Made by a program: the position numbers and the translations under genes
Part shown: positions 49,785 through 61,078 of the stretch, one piece after another
Numbering within the stretch: the stretch's first letter is position 1
How the letters are laid out: the number at the start of each line of letters is the position of its first letter
The notes under the pieces: model-generated
Told to the model about the DNA's origin: nothing
The model's input: only the letters and a program-made list of their open reading frames with translations
Databases searched by the model: none
Assembly: GCA_963823665.1 (NCBI GenBank)
Contig: CAWGMQ010000003.1
Location: forward strand, 1,600,001-1,664,000
Direction: 5' to 3'
From: an uncultured Planctomycetota bacterium
GTDB lineage: Bacteria; Planctomycetota; Planctomycetia; Isosphaerales; Isosphaeraceae
DNA: 64,000 nucleotides

Positions 49785-51023
49785 TCAATTGATTAACATG
49801 TCGTGCCCCCGCGCCGCTCCCGTCGGAAGCTTGTTCAGATCAACGTTGAAAAACGGATCAACCTTCATCCCGTCCGGCCCGATGTGCACCAGCCGTACGC
49901 AAAACCGCCCCGAGTGGTCCAGCGTCGAGAGCAACGAGTTCGACACATACATCCGCTTGCCGTCCCCGGTCACGTGCATCATGTTGGGTTGTACGCAAGG
50001 CGAAACCGTGCTCGTGAGCTTCAGGTGTTCGGGGTCGGAAACATCCCACTGCTGAATCAGGTTGTCACCAAAGCAGCTCACGTAAAGGTACCTGTCATCC
50101 GGGCTTTGCCGCAGGTCCGCCGGCAGTGCACCGGTGTCGGCAACCTTCTTGAACGAGTAGTTGCCCTCACCGCCATCGCCCCCCTTGAACAACCAGATCG
50201 AATTATCGAGGGCACAGTTGGTGAACCCGTAGTTCTTCTCGGGTTTCAGGCTCCAGCGCACCTCCAGAGGCGCCAGGCCCGCCTTCCCCACTTGCAGCGG
50301 CTGGCGATTCTTGTAGTCCCAGACGACCAGCTCGCTGCCGAAGTCCTTGAGGTCCATCTGAGCCAGCGGCTTCTGATAGTTGCGCAGCGGCGTGAAGCTC
50401 GAAGTGACCATCCGGTTCAGCCCCGGCTTCACGGCGACGTCGTACCCGTAAGGCGCTTCGCTCGGGTGCTCGATCCGCCGGATGAACTTGCCGTCATTCG
50501 TGAACTCCGCCATGCCGGCCGGCAACCCTCCGGCTGCCGACCCGAGAAACGTGATCAACATCCGGCCCGGCAGTGCGTAATAGCTGTGCGGCCCGGAAAG
50601 ACCGGAAACTTCCTTGATGTGATCCAGCGTCTTCTCGACGCGCGGCTTGGCCGGGTCGGTGGCTACGTCGATGATCCAGATCCGGCTCGAAAACAACCCG
50701 CCGGCCCAGATCCGTCGCCGATCGTCCGTGTAGCCGAAGTGATGAGTCTCGTTCCCCTTGGTCCCCAGGTCGAGCGTATTGATGATCGTTCCGAAAGCCG
50801 CGCTGTCCGGGTTCACATCAATCACGGCCAGGAAGTCGTTGTCCTTGCCATCGACATCGACGCAGAACAGGTAGAGGACCTTCTCCGGGCGATCGAGCCG
50901 CTTCACGAATGGCGAGAGACATGTCTCGGAGTGCACCGCAGGCAACATCAAAAAGGCCAGTCCCGCTCCGATGAGTGAACAGGCCAGCGCTACTCCAGAA
51001 CGCGCCGAACGTGTCAGGCCCAT
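49785..51023 (-). CDS. Selenium-binding protein SBP56 / methanethiol oxidase-like exported beta-propeller
   Basis: Signal peptide then ETCLSPF; NETHHFGYTDDRR, GPHSYYALPGRML, YGYD, PLEVRW, DGKRMYV, RGHDM. Confidence 0.88.
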   Translation of the reverse strand: MGLTRSARSGVALACSLIGAGLAFLMLPAVHSETCLSPFVKRLDRPEKVLYLFCVDVDGKDNDFLAVIDVNPDSAAFGTIINTLDLGTKGNETHHFGYTDDRRRIWAGGLFSSRIWIIDVATDPAKPRVEKTLDHIKEVSGLSGPHSYYALPGRMLITFLGSAAGGLPAGMAEFTNDGKFIRRIEHPSEAPYGYDVAVKPGLNRMVTSSFTPLRNYQKPLAQMDLKDFGSELVVWDYKNRQPLQVGKAGLAPLEVRWSLKPEKNYGFTNCALDNSIWLFKGGDGGEGNYSFKKVADTGALPADLRQSPDDRYLYVSCFGDNLIQQWDVSDPEHLKLTSTVSPCVQPNMMHVTGDGKRMYVSNSLLSTLDHSGRFCVRLVHIGPDGMKVDPFFNVDLNKLPTGAARGHDMLIN

Positions 51024-51099
51024 GATCTTCTCTCCAATGATTTGCGGAAGTGCGTCCATCCTGAGATCGCGGTAGCGTAGCCGGTTGAGCCGATCTCCG

Positions 51100-51516
51100 C
51101 TAGACGGTCGGACGACGCAGCGCGTCCTGTTTCCAACGAGGCGGCGCCAAGACAAACGCAGCCAGGACCGCCAGACCGACTGCCGTGTAGAGCACCGGCA
51201 AGACCCAGGGCGCCGGATCGTAGAAAAGCAGGCGGTGAGTCCAGTACCCGATGAAGTCACCAGGGTAGGCGACCTGCCCGGCCGCTTCGCGGAGCTGCCG
51301 TTCCCACGCCGTGAGCGGGCAGGGAATCCCGGCAAGGGTTTCGCCTACCACGATTCCGATCATGGCAACGTGGATCGACCGGAACCAGCGATTCCGGACC
51401 CACCTCCAGCGCAAGGCAATGCCCACCAGGATCGCGACCAACCCCAGAACAATGAAGCTGGCATACGCCGCGTGCACCACAACGATCAGATCCGCCACCA
51501 TGCCACGCCAGACCAT
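51100..51516 (-). CDS. DUF2784 family membrane protein
   Basis: ADLIVVVH, CPLTAWE..LREAAG, FIGYW; start at 51516 or 51501. Confidence 0.8.
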   Translation of the reverse strand: MVWRGMVADLIVVVHAAYASFIVLGLVAILVGIALRWRWVRNRWFRSIHVAMIGIVVGETLAGIPCPLTAWERQLREAAGQVAYPGDFIGYWTHRLLFYDPAPWVLPVLYTAVGLAVLAAFVLAPPRWKQDALRRPTV

Positions 51517-51712
51517 CGGTCATCTCCGCTCGATCAAATGCGTTGCCGAACATCTGCCACCCATCATACCGTCCTCGCGAAGTTTGGTGCAGAAATCATC
51601 GCGTTTCTCTCTGGGCCGTTGCTCCGAGACCCTTGACGTGGTTTACTGATGCTCGGTTTCTGCGTGTGAATTTGCATTTAAGTCTCCAAGCGATCAAAGG
51701 GAGATCGCCACC

Positions 51713-52450
51713 ATGTCTGAGCCCGGCTCTGTCGGACCCGAAAAAACCGTTCCAGCGAAAAAACCGATTTCGCCCGCGCGAAGAATCGTTAGCCTCATCC
51801 TCCTCGCCGGCGTGATCGGATTCGGTTGCGTCGAAGTCATACCGAAATGGGGCTACAACGCCGCGATCGCCAAGCTCGAAGCTCGAACTGCAGAAGAAAA
51901 CAAAGACCTGATGACCATGCAGGAAGCCGAAGCACTCATGGGCAAGGCAGCGGATGGCGACGCGGTCGATTTCAGACAGAACAATTATGACTTTTCGAAG
52001 AAGACCTACACCTGGAACGGATTGATCTGGCACTACACGGTGACTGCGTTCTACACGAAGGAGAAGACGACTCCTCACTTACATCACTACGCCACCGAAG
52101 GCAAAGAGAACGAGATTGAGCTGCCGAAGCTCGAGAGCGCCACTGTGCCTGAGCCAAAATCCCGCGGCGGGCGAGGCGGTTCCACAGCCAAAGGAGCATC
52201 CGGCAAACAGGGCGGTACCGGAAGCGGCTCGACCCCGCCGTCGAAGGCTGCCACCGACGGCAAGAGTCCGCCGTCAGCGCCGAGCGACAAGCCCGCCGAA
52301 ACCAAACCCGAGCCGAGCGACAAGTCCGCTACGCCCAAGCCCAATCCGCCCGCCGATGGAGCGCCCAAGGAAAAACCCGCTTCGCCTGGCGGTGACGCAA
52401 GCCCATCCAAGCCGGCCGCCGACACGCCTGCCACAAAGCCTTCACAGTGA
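51713..52450 (+). CDS. Hypothetical membrane-anchored protein with Pro/Lys/Ser-rich tail
   Basis: GGGAG RBS, N-terminal TM (IVSLIILAGVIGFG-like), low-complexity C-terminus. Confidence 0.7.
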   Translation: MSEPGSVGPEKTVPAKKPISPARRIVSLILLAGVIGFGCVEVIPKWGYNAAIAKLEARTAEENKDLMTMQEAEALMGKAADGDAVDFRQNNYDFSKKTYTWNGLIWHYTVTAFYTKEKTTPHLHHYATEGKENEIELPKLESATVPEPKSRGGRGGSTAKGASGKQGGTGSGSTPPSKAATDGKSPPSAPSDKPAETKPEPSDKSATPKPNPPADGAPKEKPASPGGDASPSKPAADTPATKPSQ

Positions 52451-52472
52451 GATCCGGAAACTACGCACAGCC

Positions 52473-53716
52473 TCAGGGCTCGCCTGGCGCAAGCCGGCGT
52501 GCAAACGCACCGACCGCGGCGTGACAGACGTGGATCTCCGGCTCGATCCCCGCTCGCTCGCGGTAGCCTCTGGCCACGGCCCGCGAAAACGCATCCGCGC
52601 ACTGGGCTTTCACCAGGTTCACCGTGCATCCCGCCCAGCCTGCCCCCGAGAGCTTTCCTCCCAGAAAGCCGGGGGCTCGCGCGGCAATCTCGATCAGAGC
52701 GTCCAGCGCCTCCGAGCTATTCTCAAAGTCATCGCGGCTCGAAGCGTGGGATGCCGACATCAAGCGGCCAAACGCGATGGCGTCGCCGGATCGGAGCGCC
52801 ACCGCGCCTTGGCGCACGCGTTCATTCTCGCTCAAAACATGGCGGGCGCGCTTGCGCCCGACAGGGTCGAGCTCGTCCCATCTCGACTCGAGCTGCGTCA
52901 GGCTCAGACGTGAAAGCTGGCCATCGCCGCCGTCGGGAAGAAGCGAATCTCGAAACGCGCTCCCCACCGCCTCGCACTCCGCGCGCGGCGATCGTACATC
53001 CCGTCCGCCAGCCGGCGCGAGGTCCTGGAATCGCAGACAACAATCGCCGGGCCAGGGTCTCCCAGAGGCAGCCGGTCGAAGTCGAGCGTGCTGCAATCGA
53101 GAAAAAGCGCGCAGCCTTCGCGTCCAAACAGACTCGAAAACTGATCGAGCAAACCCGAGCCCACACCCACGAACTCATTCTCCGATCGCCTGAGCACCTG
53201 GGCCAGTTCCAATCGGAGCGCATCCCCGCGTTCCATCTCGAAGTCCGAACTCGACCGCCCCGGCACCGCACCGAGCTCGATCAGGAACATCGCGCACGCA
53301 GCCTGAAGGCTCGCCGAGCTCGACAGCCCGGCCCCGAGCGGAACGTCTCCCGCAACCACCGAGTCAAACCCGCACTCAAGCGGCCCGCGCCAGCCACTGA
53401 GTGCCCAGCACACGCCTCGGATGTAGCGCGTCCACGCGCCGGGTCTCGGTCGGCTGGATGTCATCGAGCGAAAACGAATCCAGCTCGTTGAACTGAACCG
53501 AGGCAACCCTCGCCTCGCGCCCCGCACGCGCCGGCCGACGAACGCAGTCCTGCGATCGATCGCAGCGGCAACGACGAGACCGCCGTTGTAATCAGTGTGG
53601 TTGCCGAGAAGCTCGACTCGTCCCGGCGCCGACGCCATCACCGCCGGCTCGCCCCCGAACCGTGCCGTGAATCCGGCCACCGCCAGATCCAGGGGACTCT
53701 TCGGTGCGGCGGTCAT
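52473..53716 (-). CDS. galK: Galactokinase; several indels near 53515, 53440 and 52980
   Basis: APGRVELLGNHTDYNGG, PLGAGLSSSA, SGLLDQ, RARHVLSENERV, KLSGAGWAGC. Confidence 0.9.
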
Positions 53717-53885
53717 GCACGCCCCCAGAGCAGAGCCCCGACCGGGGCGACATCATGGAGCCCAGGGGTCGGCTGTTGAAAACTTGCGATCGACTTCGCG
53801 CTGATTTCCCACCGCGTACTTTGCGCCAAGCTTCCCCCCTTTAGAAGGGGGGGCCAGGGGGGGTGCCTTCCGGTCGCATCATCGT

Positions 53886-55079
53886 TCAAGCCAGCGTTGA
53901 AGGTGCAAACGTATTCGCCGACTCGCGGAGAAGATTGGCTTTATCCGTCTTCTCCCACGTGAACTCGGGCTCCGAGCGGCCGAAGTGGCCGCCGCTCGCG
54001 GTCTTGCGGTAAATCGGCCGTCGCAGATCGAGGTGCTTGATGATCCCGGACGGATTCAGTCGGAAGCTCCGGCGCACAACCTCCGCGATCAGCGAGTCGG
54101 GCATCGTGCCGGTCCCCTGAGTGTCCACGTGCACGCTCACCGGCTCGGAGACACCAATCGCATACGCCAGTTGAATCTCGCACCGTTCCGCAAGCCGCGA
54201 GGCGACAATGTTCTTGGCGACATAACGGGCCATGTAGGCAGCCGAACGGTCGACCTTGGTGGGGTCCTTCCCGCTGAACGCACCGCCGCCGTGGCGCCCC
54301 ATGCCGCCGTACGTGTCAACGATGATCTTGCGCCCGGTCACTCCGGAGTCACCGTGTGGCCCGCCGATCACGAACTTGCCCGTCGGATTAATGTGGTACG
54401 TGAGCGACGAGTCGACCAGATCCGGCGGCAGCACCGGCTCGATCACTTCCTTCTTGACGCGCTCCACGATCTCCGCATGGCTGACATCCGGATGGTGCTG
54501 CGTCGAGACGACCACCGTGTCGATCCGAATCGGTGTGAAACCCTCGTATTCCACCGTCACCTGGCTCTTCGAATCCGGTCGAAGCCACTTGATCGTCCCG
54601 TTTTTCCGCAAATCCGTGATGCGATTGATGATCCGGTGGGCCAGTGCAATGGGCAAAGGCATGAGTTCCGGCGTGTCGTTGCATGCGAAGCCGAACATCA
54701 TCCCCTGGTCGCCGGCGCCGATGTCCTTCCCTCGGGTGCTGTCTTCATCCACTCCTTGGGCGATGTCGGGCGATTGTTTGCCGAGTGCCACCATCACCGC
54801 GCATGTGCCCGCGTCAAATCCCATGTCGCTCGACGTGTACCCGATCTCGCGCACGATCTGCCGCACGATTGCCGGGTAGTCAACCTGGGCCTTGGTCGTG
54901 ATCTCGCCCGCCAGGCAGACGAGCCCGGTTGTGAGCAACGTCTCACATGCCACTCGCGCATGCGGATCCTGTGCCAGGATGGCGTCGAGTATGCCGTCGG
55001 AAATCTGGTCCGCCATCTTGTCCGGATGGCCCATGGACACGGATTCGCTCGTGAAAAGATAGCGATCGTTATCAGGCAC
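53886..55079 (-). CDS. metK: S-adenosylmethionine synthetase
   Basis: [31 protein letters not shown] start after AGGAG RBS. Confidence 0.98.
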   Translation of the reverse strand: MPDNDRYLFTSESVSMGHPDKMADQISDGILDAILAQDPHARVACETLLTTGLVCLAGEITTKAQVDYPAIVRQIVREIGYTSSDMGFDAGTCAVMVALGKQSPDIAQGVDEDSTRGKDIGAGDQGMMFGFACNDTPELMPLPIALAHRIINRITDLRKNGTIKWLRPDSKSQVTVEYEGFTPIRIDTVVVSTQHHPDVSHAEIVERVKKEVIEPVLPPDLVDSSLTYHINPTGKFVIGGPHGDSGVTGRKIIVDTYGGMGRHGGGAFSGKDPTKVDRSAAYMARYVAKNIVASRLAERCEIQLAYAIGVSEPVSVHVDTQGTGTMPDSLIAEVVRRSFRLNPSGIIKHLDLRRPIYRKTASGGHFGRSEPEFTWEKTDKANLLRESANTFAPSTLA

Positions 55080-55314
55080 GGAAGGGAATCTCCTAGCGGG
55101 TCGAGCGTCTGTTTGGAGCACGGCTGTTCCGGAAGACGGAAGCCGCCCAATTGTGGTTCGTCTACCTACCGAGGGGGAGGCATCGTGGTGGTGAAGTCTA
55201 ACAAAACGGAACGCCGCTGAAAAGAACCGTTTGGTCGTGTTGCGTGCCGGCATCGCCCGCAGCCGCGCGACGTTTCGCTCGCCCCACCACCGAGCGGCCA
55301 GACTTGTCGCAGCA

Positions 55315-56217
55315 CTATTCCTCGCCGGGCTCGATGTCCTCGTCGGTGTCGTCCGCTTCCGGCAGTTCGCGCTCGGAATCAACCGGATCGTCCCCGCCCG
55401 GCAGCGATGCTTGAGCCTCGCGGTCGCGGCTGTACCAGCTCCAGAGCAGCCGATGGGTCGCATACTCGAGCAGTGCGTGCGAGCTCGGGAATTCACAGTC
55501 GCCGGCCTCGGCCATCTTGAGGATCGCCCGAGTCGACGGCGTGATGTAGGCTACGTCCGCGCGGGCGCACAGATCCGCGAGGAACACCGGAAAGTTCTCG
55601 GCCGCAGAGTTGCTGAGCCGGTTGCCCAGGTACGCGTAGCTCATCTGATTCTCGACCACGCGGAACGCAATCCGTGGATCCCGGCGCACGACCAGCGCCT
55701 CGCCCACCGGGTCGCGCGGCACCCGCTGCGCCCGCGCATGCCGTCCCAGCGGCCGAGGTTTCATGAGCGCCAGAGCACGAATACCCGAGACGACCGTTGA
55801 GGGCCATCGCGCATTCGGGTCCTTCCGGTACTCATCCTCAGCAGAGATCCGGCCAGCACAGATCATCTCGACCCGGTCCCACGGCACCCAGTGCGTCGGC
55901 TCACCGCGCAGCCCCTCAATCCGAAATCCGTCGCTCAAGCACGCCGCCCGGTGCACAGTCCGCGCCGGACTCAGTTCGGGAAACTGGTCGGCCCGCCAGG
56001 CCTCGGCCGCCACGCCCGCTTCGTACAGGCCGTCCAGCAACTTGCGCACATCAGCTTCTTCGAGGTGCTTCGGCCAGACCCCGGGCGCCCGCGCCAGCCA
56101 CTGCACCGCGTCAGTCGGGTGCATCCCGGTCACGTCGCAAACGACTTCACGCAACTCTTGCGGATCATCGATCGCATCGAAGATCACCAGGCGGTAGTGC
56201 TTGGGCGTGTTAGGCAT
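55315..56217 (-). CDS. Hypothetical protein with N-terminal L7/L12-CTD-like domain
   Basis: GGGAG RBS; coding-like composition; see findings for the alignment to RplL. Confidence 0.75.
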   Translation of the reverse strand: MPNTPKHYRLVIFDAIDDPQELREVVCDVTGMHPTDAVQWLARAPGVWPKHLEEADVRKLLDGLYEAGVAAEAWRADQFPELSPARTVHRAACLSDGFRIEGLRGEPTHWVPWDRVEMICAGRISAEDEYRKDPNARWPSTVVSGIRALALMKPRPLGRHARAQRVPRDPVGEALVVRRDPRIAFRVVENQMSYAYLGNRLSNSAAENFPVFLADLCARADVAYITPSTRAILKMAEAGDCEFPSSHALLEYATHRLLWSWYSRDREAQASLPGGDDPVDSERELPEADDTDEDIEPGEE

Positions 56218-56261
56218 GATCGACGCAGGCTCCCGGCATCAAGCAGTCCGTGCAATTCTCC

Positions 56262-56996
56262 CTACCGACCGCGGCGCAGCCCGTTCGTCTTCTTGCCGGG
56301 CTGCGGCCCGTTCTTCTTCTCCCCGCCTTTGGCGGCCGGTCGCTGCGGTAGCTCAAACAGCTCCCCGACCACGACCGAGAAACCCGGCAGCACATCGCCG
56401 CCGTCAAGCCGCATCGAGGCCCTCAGCCGGGTATATTGGTCCGGCGCCGTGTATACGTCGACAACCCGGCTTTTCGGACGCACGAACCAGACCAGGCGCA
56501 CACCTTTCTCGAAGTATTCGCGGAGCTTTTCCTCCATCTCTTTGCGAGTGTTGCTCCGGCTGATGACCTCGACGGCAAGGTCCGGAACCAGTAAGGGAAC
56601 AGGCTCTTTGGGAACTCCACCACCCGGCAGCCGCTCCAATGAAATGAACAATGCGTCGGGAATCCGCACGAGGTTAAGATCGAGCTGGATCGTTCCTCCC
56701 TCACCGGCGACCATTCCCAGAGCCCGGGGACGCACGAAGTTATTGAGGAAGGTCACGATATTCCCAGCGATGAAGGAGTCCTCAAACCCCCCGGTCTTCT
56801 CCACCAAGATGCCGTCGACCAGCTCATAGAGCCGGTCTTCATGGTCATTGAGCCGGACAACATCGTCAACGGTCCCGCAGCCCGGTGGCGGGCTTTGGCG
56901 GATACGCTCAAACGGAATCGGGCCAAACCGCCGGTAAAGATCGGCGACGGTCCAGGTCTTTCTCGGCGCTTTTTCGATGGCGTTAATCGCAGCCAT
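56262..56996 (-). CDS. Uma2 (DUF820) family PD-(D/E)XK endonuclease
   Basis: ELVDGILVEK, RIPDALF, PDLAVEVISRSNT, KLREYFEKGVRLVW. Confidence 0.92.
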   Translation of the reverse strand: MAAINAIEKAPRKTWTVADLYRRFGPIPFERIRQSPPPGCGTVDDVVRLNDHEDRLYELVDGILVEKTGGFEDSFIAGNIVTFLNNFVRPRALGMVAGEGGTIQLDLNLVRIPDALFISLERLPGGGVPKEPVPLLVPDLAVEVISRSNTRKEMEEKLREYFEKGVRLVWFVRPKSRVVDVYTAPDQYTRLRASMRLDGGDVLPGFSVVVGELFELPQRPAAKGGEKKNGPQPGKKTNGLRRGR

Positions 56997-57032
56997 TGCT
57001 CATCTCACCGTGGTCAGCTACAAACGTAAAGA

Positions 57033-57764
57033 TCACCCCTTCCGCCGCCCATTCTTCTTGTTCCCAGGCTGCGGCCCGTTCTTCTTTTCCCCGCCTTTGG
57101 CGGCCGGTCGCTGCGGCACTTCAAACAGCTCCCCGACCATGACGGAGAAACCTGGCAGCACGTCGCCGCCGTCGAGCCGCATCGACGCGGTCAGCCGGGT
57201 AAATTGGTCCGGCGCTGTGTGTACGTCGACAACTCGACTCTTCGGACGCACGAACCAGACCAGGCGAACACCTTTCTCGAAGTATTCGCGGAGCTTTTCC
57301 TCCATCTCTTTGCGGGTGTTGCTCCGGCTGATGACCTCCACGGTCAAGTCGGGAACCAGTAGGGGAACGGGCTCTCTGGGAACCTCACCCCCGGGTAACC
57401 GCTCCCACGAGATGAACAACGCGTCGGGAATCCGAACGAGGTTGAGGGCGAGCTGGATCGTCCCATCGGCTCCGAGCACCACTCCCAGATTTCGCGGGTC
57501 GACAAAATTGCCGAGCAGCCGCCCGATCTTCATCCCGATTCGAGATTCCTCAAATCCCACGGTCTTCTCCACCAAGATGCTATCGACCAGCTCGTAAAGC
57601 CGGTCTTCGTGGTCGTTGAGCCGGACAACATCGTCGACCGTCCCGCACCCCGGCGGCGGGTTCTGGCGGATGCGCTCAAACGGAATCGGGCCGAACCGCC
57701 GGTAGAGATCGGCGACAGTCCAGACCTTTCGTTGCGGCAAAGCGCGAGTCCGGAGCGTGGTCAT
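57033..57764 (-). CDS. Uma2 (DUF820) family endonuclease, tandem paralogue
   Basis: Same motifs; highly similar to 56262-56996. Confidence 0.92.
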   Translation of the reverse strand: MTTLRTRALPQRKVWTVADLYRRFGPIPFERIRQNPPPGCGTVDDVVRLNDHEDRLYELVDSILVEKTVGFEESRIGMKIGRLLGNFVDPRNLGVVLGADGTIQLALNLVRIPDALFISWERLPGGEVPREPVPLLVPDLTVEVISRSNTRKEMEEKLREYFEKGVRLVWFVRPKSRVVDVHTAPDQFTRLTASMRLDGGDVLPGFSVMVGELFEVPQRPAAKGGEKKNGPQPGNKKNGRRKG

Positions 57765-58028
57765 GACGGGGTCTCATCGTGTGCCTGACAGAAGAGTTGG
57801 AATCATCGTATCATCCCTCTCACGGCAAGCCAATCGGCGGCGCCGCACAACAGAGGTTTCCATCCCCTGGCCAAAGCCAGACCGTCCGCTCGGGTGTGCC
57901 TCGCCCCTATCTTGTGGTACTCTGAAGCCCAAACCCGTGCGGTGGCGCGCCGGCGGAGCCCTCGCCGCCGGAGCCAATCTCGAGCCTTCACCGCCATCAA
58001 CCAACCAGCACTTGGAAGGGACCGCGCG

Positions 58029-58937
58029 GTGCGCCAGCTCGGAACACTGCCGAAAGAACTCGACCCCAAGGTCTTCGCCGACTACCTCCTGACCCTCGGT
58101 ATGAAGACGCGCGTCGACGAGCGGCCGGACGGCTGGGCGCTGTGGATCTACAACGAAGATCACCTCCCGCGAGCTCGCGAAGAGCTCAGCGGCTACCTGA
58201 GCGCCCCCGATGACCCGCGTTACCGAAGCGCAGTCGATTCGGCAAAAAGCATTCGTCGCGAGGAAAAGCAGCTCGACCAGAAGTTCCGCAAAAACTTCCG
58301 CGAAGCCGCGGATATCTGGGGCTATCCCAGCGTGCGCCGGCGCCCCGTGACGGTCCTGATCAGCGTGGCGTGTGTCGCCGTCTTCTTCCTGCTCGAAACC
58401 AAGAGCAACCGGCATAAAGTGCAAGACGCGCTTCGGTTCTCCACCAACTTCGTCGACGCCCAGGGCCAAGAGCGGAACAACGGCTTCAACGACGTCGTCC
58501 ACGGTGAAATGTGGCGGCTGGTGACCCCCATCTTCCTCCACTTTAGCATTCTGCACCTTCTACTCAACATGATGGCCTTCTCCGCGCTCGGCACTCTCAT
58601 CGAGATCCGCCGCGGCACGCTCCGGCTCGCCTTGATGATTCTCCTTCTTGCGGTCACGTCCAATATCGGCGAATTTCTTTACTGGGAGAGGATCGAGCCA
58701 GGCAAAGCTCACGACCTCTTCGGCGGAATCTCCGGAGTGGTCTGCGGCCTCTTCGGCTACATCTGGATGAAGGGACTCTATGAGCCCGAGCAGAGAATGA
58801 TCCTGCATCCCAACAGCGTCAGTTTCTTCCTCCTCTTGATCGTCCTCTGCATGACTGGCATCTTCGGTCCGATCGCCAACGCAGCCCACGTCGTCGGGCT
58901 CATCATGGGCGTTGCCCTGGGAGTCCTCCGCTACTGA
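58029..58937 (+). CDS. Rhomboid family intramembrane serine protease (GlpG-like)
   Basis: [16 protein letters not shown], catalytic [15 protein letters not shown] start at 58029. Confidence 0.9.
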   Translation: MRQLGTLPKELDPKVFADYLLTLGMKTRVDERPDGWALWIYNEDHLPRAREELSGYLSAPDDPRYRSAVDSAKSIRREEKQLDQKFRKNFREAADIWGYPSVRRRPVTVLISVACVAVFFLLETKSNRHKVQDALRFSTNFVDAQGQERNNGFNDVVHGEMWRLVTPIFLHFSILHLLLNMMAFSALGTLIEIRRGTLRLALMILLLAVTSNIGEFLYWERIEPGKAHDLFGGISGVVCGLFGYIWMKGLYEPEQRMILHPNSVSFFLLLIVLCMTGIFGPIANAAHVVGLIMGVALGVLRY

Positions 58938-58987
58938 GCAGGCTCGTTTTCCCTTCACCATCCGTAGCGTCATGGGAGCCTTCGATC

Positions 58988-59905
58988 ATGAAACTGGGAT
59001 TCGTCTCGGCAATCCTGCCCGACTTTACGCTCGAGGATTTGCTGAGCTTCGCGCACCAAGAGGGATTCTCGAGCGTCGAGCTCATGTGCTGGCCGGCCGG
59101 CAAGTCCGATCGTCGCTATGCCGGTGTCACCCATCTCGACGTCTCGTCCATTTCGCCGGCCTCCGTCACGGCCGTCCGCCAGTTGCTCTCCGCCCACAAG
59201 ATCGAGATCTCCGGCCTTGGCTATTACCCCAATCCGCTATCGGCCGACCCCACGGAAGCCGAGCTGGCCGCATCGCACCTGAAGAAGGTGATTGATGCAG
59301 CGGCGGCGCTTGAAGTCGGCGTCGTGAACAGCTTCATCGGCCGCAACCCCGCCCTTTCCGTCGAGGCCAACTGGCCGTGCTTCCTCGATGTCTGGAAACC
59401 CCTGATCGCCCACGCCGAGGCCAAAGGCGTCAAGGTCGCCATCGAAAACTGCCCGATGCTCTTCAGCGCCGACGAATGGCCCGGCGGCAAGAACCTGGCA
59501 ACCACGCCCGCCATCTGGCGCCGGATGTTCAACGAGATCAAGAGCAAAAGCTTCGGCCTGAATCTCGACCCGTCTCACCTGGTCTGGCAGCAAGTCGACT
59601 ACGTCGCGCCTCTGGCCGAGTTCAAGGACCGGATCTTTCACGTCCACGCCAAGGACGCCCGCATCGAGCAGACCGCTCTCAACGAGTACGGCCTGCTGTC
59701 TTACCCCAAGCTCTGGCATACTCCCAAGATCCCCGGATTGGGCGACGTTCGCTGGGGAGCGTTCCTGGGCGCCTTGAGCGATATCGGCTATCAAGGCCAC
59801 GTCGCCATCGAAGTCGAAGATCGGGCCTTCGAGGGTTCAATCGAGGAACGACAGAATTCCCTGAGAATCAGCCGCCGGTTCTTGCTTCAGTATCTCGCTG
59901 GGTAG
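58988..59905 (+). CDS. Sugar phosphate isomerase/epimerase (xylose-isomerase-like TIM barrel)
   Basis: [25 protein letters not shown]. Confidence 0.9.
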   Translation: MKLGFVSAILPDFTLEDLLSFAHQEGFSSVELMCWPAGKSDRRYAGVTHLDVSSISPASVTAVRQLLSAHKIEISGLGYYPNPLSADPTEAELAASHLKKVIDAAAALEVGVVNSFIGRNPALSVEANWPCFLDVWKPLIAHAEAKGVKVAIENCPMLFSADEWPGGKNLATTPAIWRRMFNEIKSKSFGLNLDPSHLVWQQVDYVAPLAEFKDRIFHVHAKDARIEQTALNEYGLLSYPKLWHTPKIPGLGDVRWGAFLGALSDIGYQGHVAIEVEDRAFEGSIEERQNSLRISRRFLLQYLAG

Positions 59906-59945
59906 AATAACGCGGCGACGACGCTCCTCCAGAGACTTTGGTGAC

Positions 59946-61007
59946 GTGATCACACCCAAAATCCACTTATCAGTCCTGATCCCCGTGTTCAACGAGGTCG
60001 ACAACGTCGAGCCGCTCCACGAAGAGCTCGACGCCGTGCTTTCTCCGCGGCCATCGACCTACGAGCTCATCTTCGTCGACGACGGCTCGACCGACGGCAC
60101 CCGCGCCAGGCTCGAATCAATCAAACGCCGCCACCCCGCGCACGTCCGCCTCATCTGCCTCGCCCGCAACTGCGGTCAGACCGCGGCCCTCACCGCCGCC
60201 CTGGACCAGGCACGCGGCGAGATCCTGATCCCCATCGACGGCGACCGCCAGAACGATCCCGCCGACATCCCACGCCTGCTCGAGCAGATCGATGCCGGCT
60301 ACGACGTGGTTTCCGGCTGGCGAAAACAACGCCATGATTCCCTGTTCACTCGTAAGGTCCCTTCCTGGCTTGCCAACCGGCTGGTCGCCCGGCTCTCAGG
60401 CGTGCCGCTCCACGACTTCGGCTGCACGCTCAAGGCATACCGCCGCCGCGTGCTCCAGGGTGTCCGGCTATACGGCGAGATGCACCGATTCATCCCGATC
60501 TTCGCCGCCTGGCACGGCGCGAAGGTCATCGAGCTCGTCGTCAATCACCGCCCCAGAACCGCCGGCAAAACCAAGTACGGCCTGGGCCGTACCTTCAACG
60601 TCGTTCTCGACCTCATCCTGATCCGCTTCCTCCAGCGCTACTCGCAACGGCCGCTCCACTTCTTCGGCCGTTTCGGATTATGGTCGTTCGGACTGGGAAT
60701 CCTGTCGATCTTCGCCATGCTCTACTTCAAGTACATCTTCCCCTGGCCCGCCCTCTTCTGGCGCACCGACAAGCCTCCCAAGTCGTTTATCGCAACTCCA
60801 CTGCCCACGATAACAGCCATGTTCTTCCTGGGCGGCTTCTTCTGCATCCTCATGGGTATCCTGGCCGAAGTGGTCATGCGCACGTACTACGAATCCCAGG
60901 CAAAGACCACCTATCTGCTCAGCGAGACCCGCGACGAGACCGAACCCGAACCAAGCAAGGCCACATCCGAAGACGACAAGAGCGGGCACGGGAAAATGCA
61001 AGAATAG
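59946..61007 (+). CDS. Glycosyltransferase family 2 (polyprenyl-phosphate glycosyltransferase, ArnC/DPM-like)
   Basis: IPVFNE, VDDGSTDGT, DGDRQNDP, HDFGCTLKAYRR, two C-terminal TMs. Confidence 0.92.
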   Translation: MITPKIHLSVLIPVFNEVDNVEPLHEELDAVLSPRPSTYELIFVDDGSTDGTRARLESIKRRHPAHVRLICLARNCGQTAALTAALDQARGEILIPIDGDRQNDPADIPRLLEQIDAGYDVVSGWRKQRHDSLFTRKVPSWLANRLVARLSGVPLHDFGCTLKAYRRRVLQGVRLYGEMHRFIPIFAAWHGAKVIELVVNHRPRTAGKTKYGLGRTFNVVLDLILIRFLQRYSQRPLHFFGRFGLWSFGLGILSIFAMLYFKYIFPWPALFWRTDKPPKSFIATPLPTITAMFFLGGFFCILMGILAEVVMRTYYESQAKTTYLLSETRDETEPEPSKATSEDDKSGHGKMQE

Positions 61008-61078
61008 CCTGTACCAATCTCCACCCCGATCAGCCAGTTCGTTTTGTACATTCGTCGCGCGCCCTTACCGCATAAGGA

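Noticed and set aside
55080..55314. SAM riboswitch upstream of metK
   Set aside because: I could not recognise a SAM-I/II core by eye. An Rfam scan would be needed to exclude it fully.
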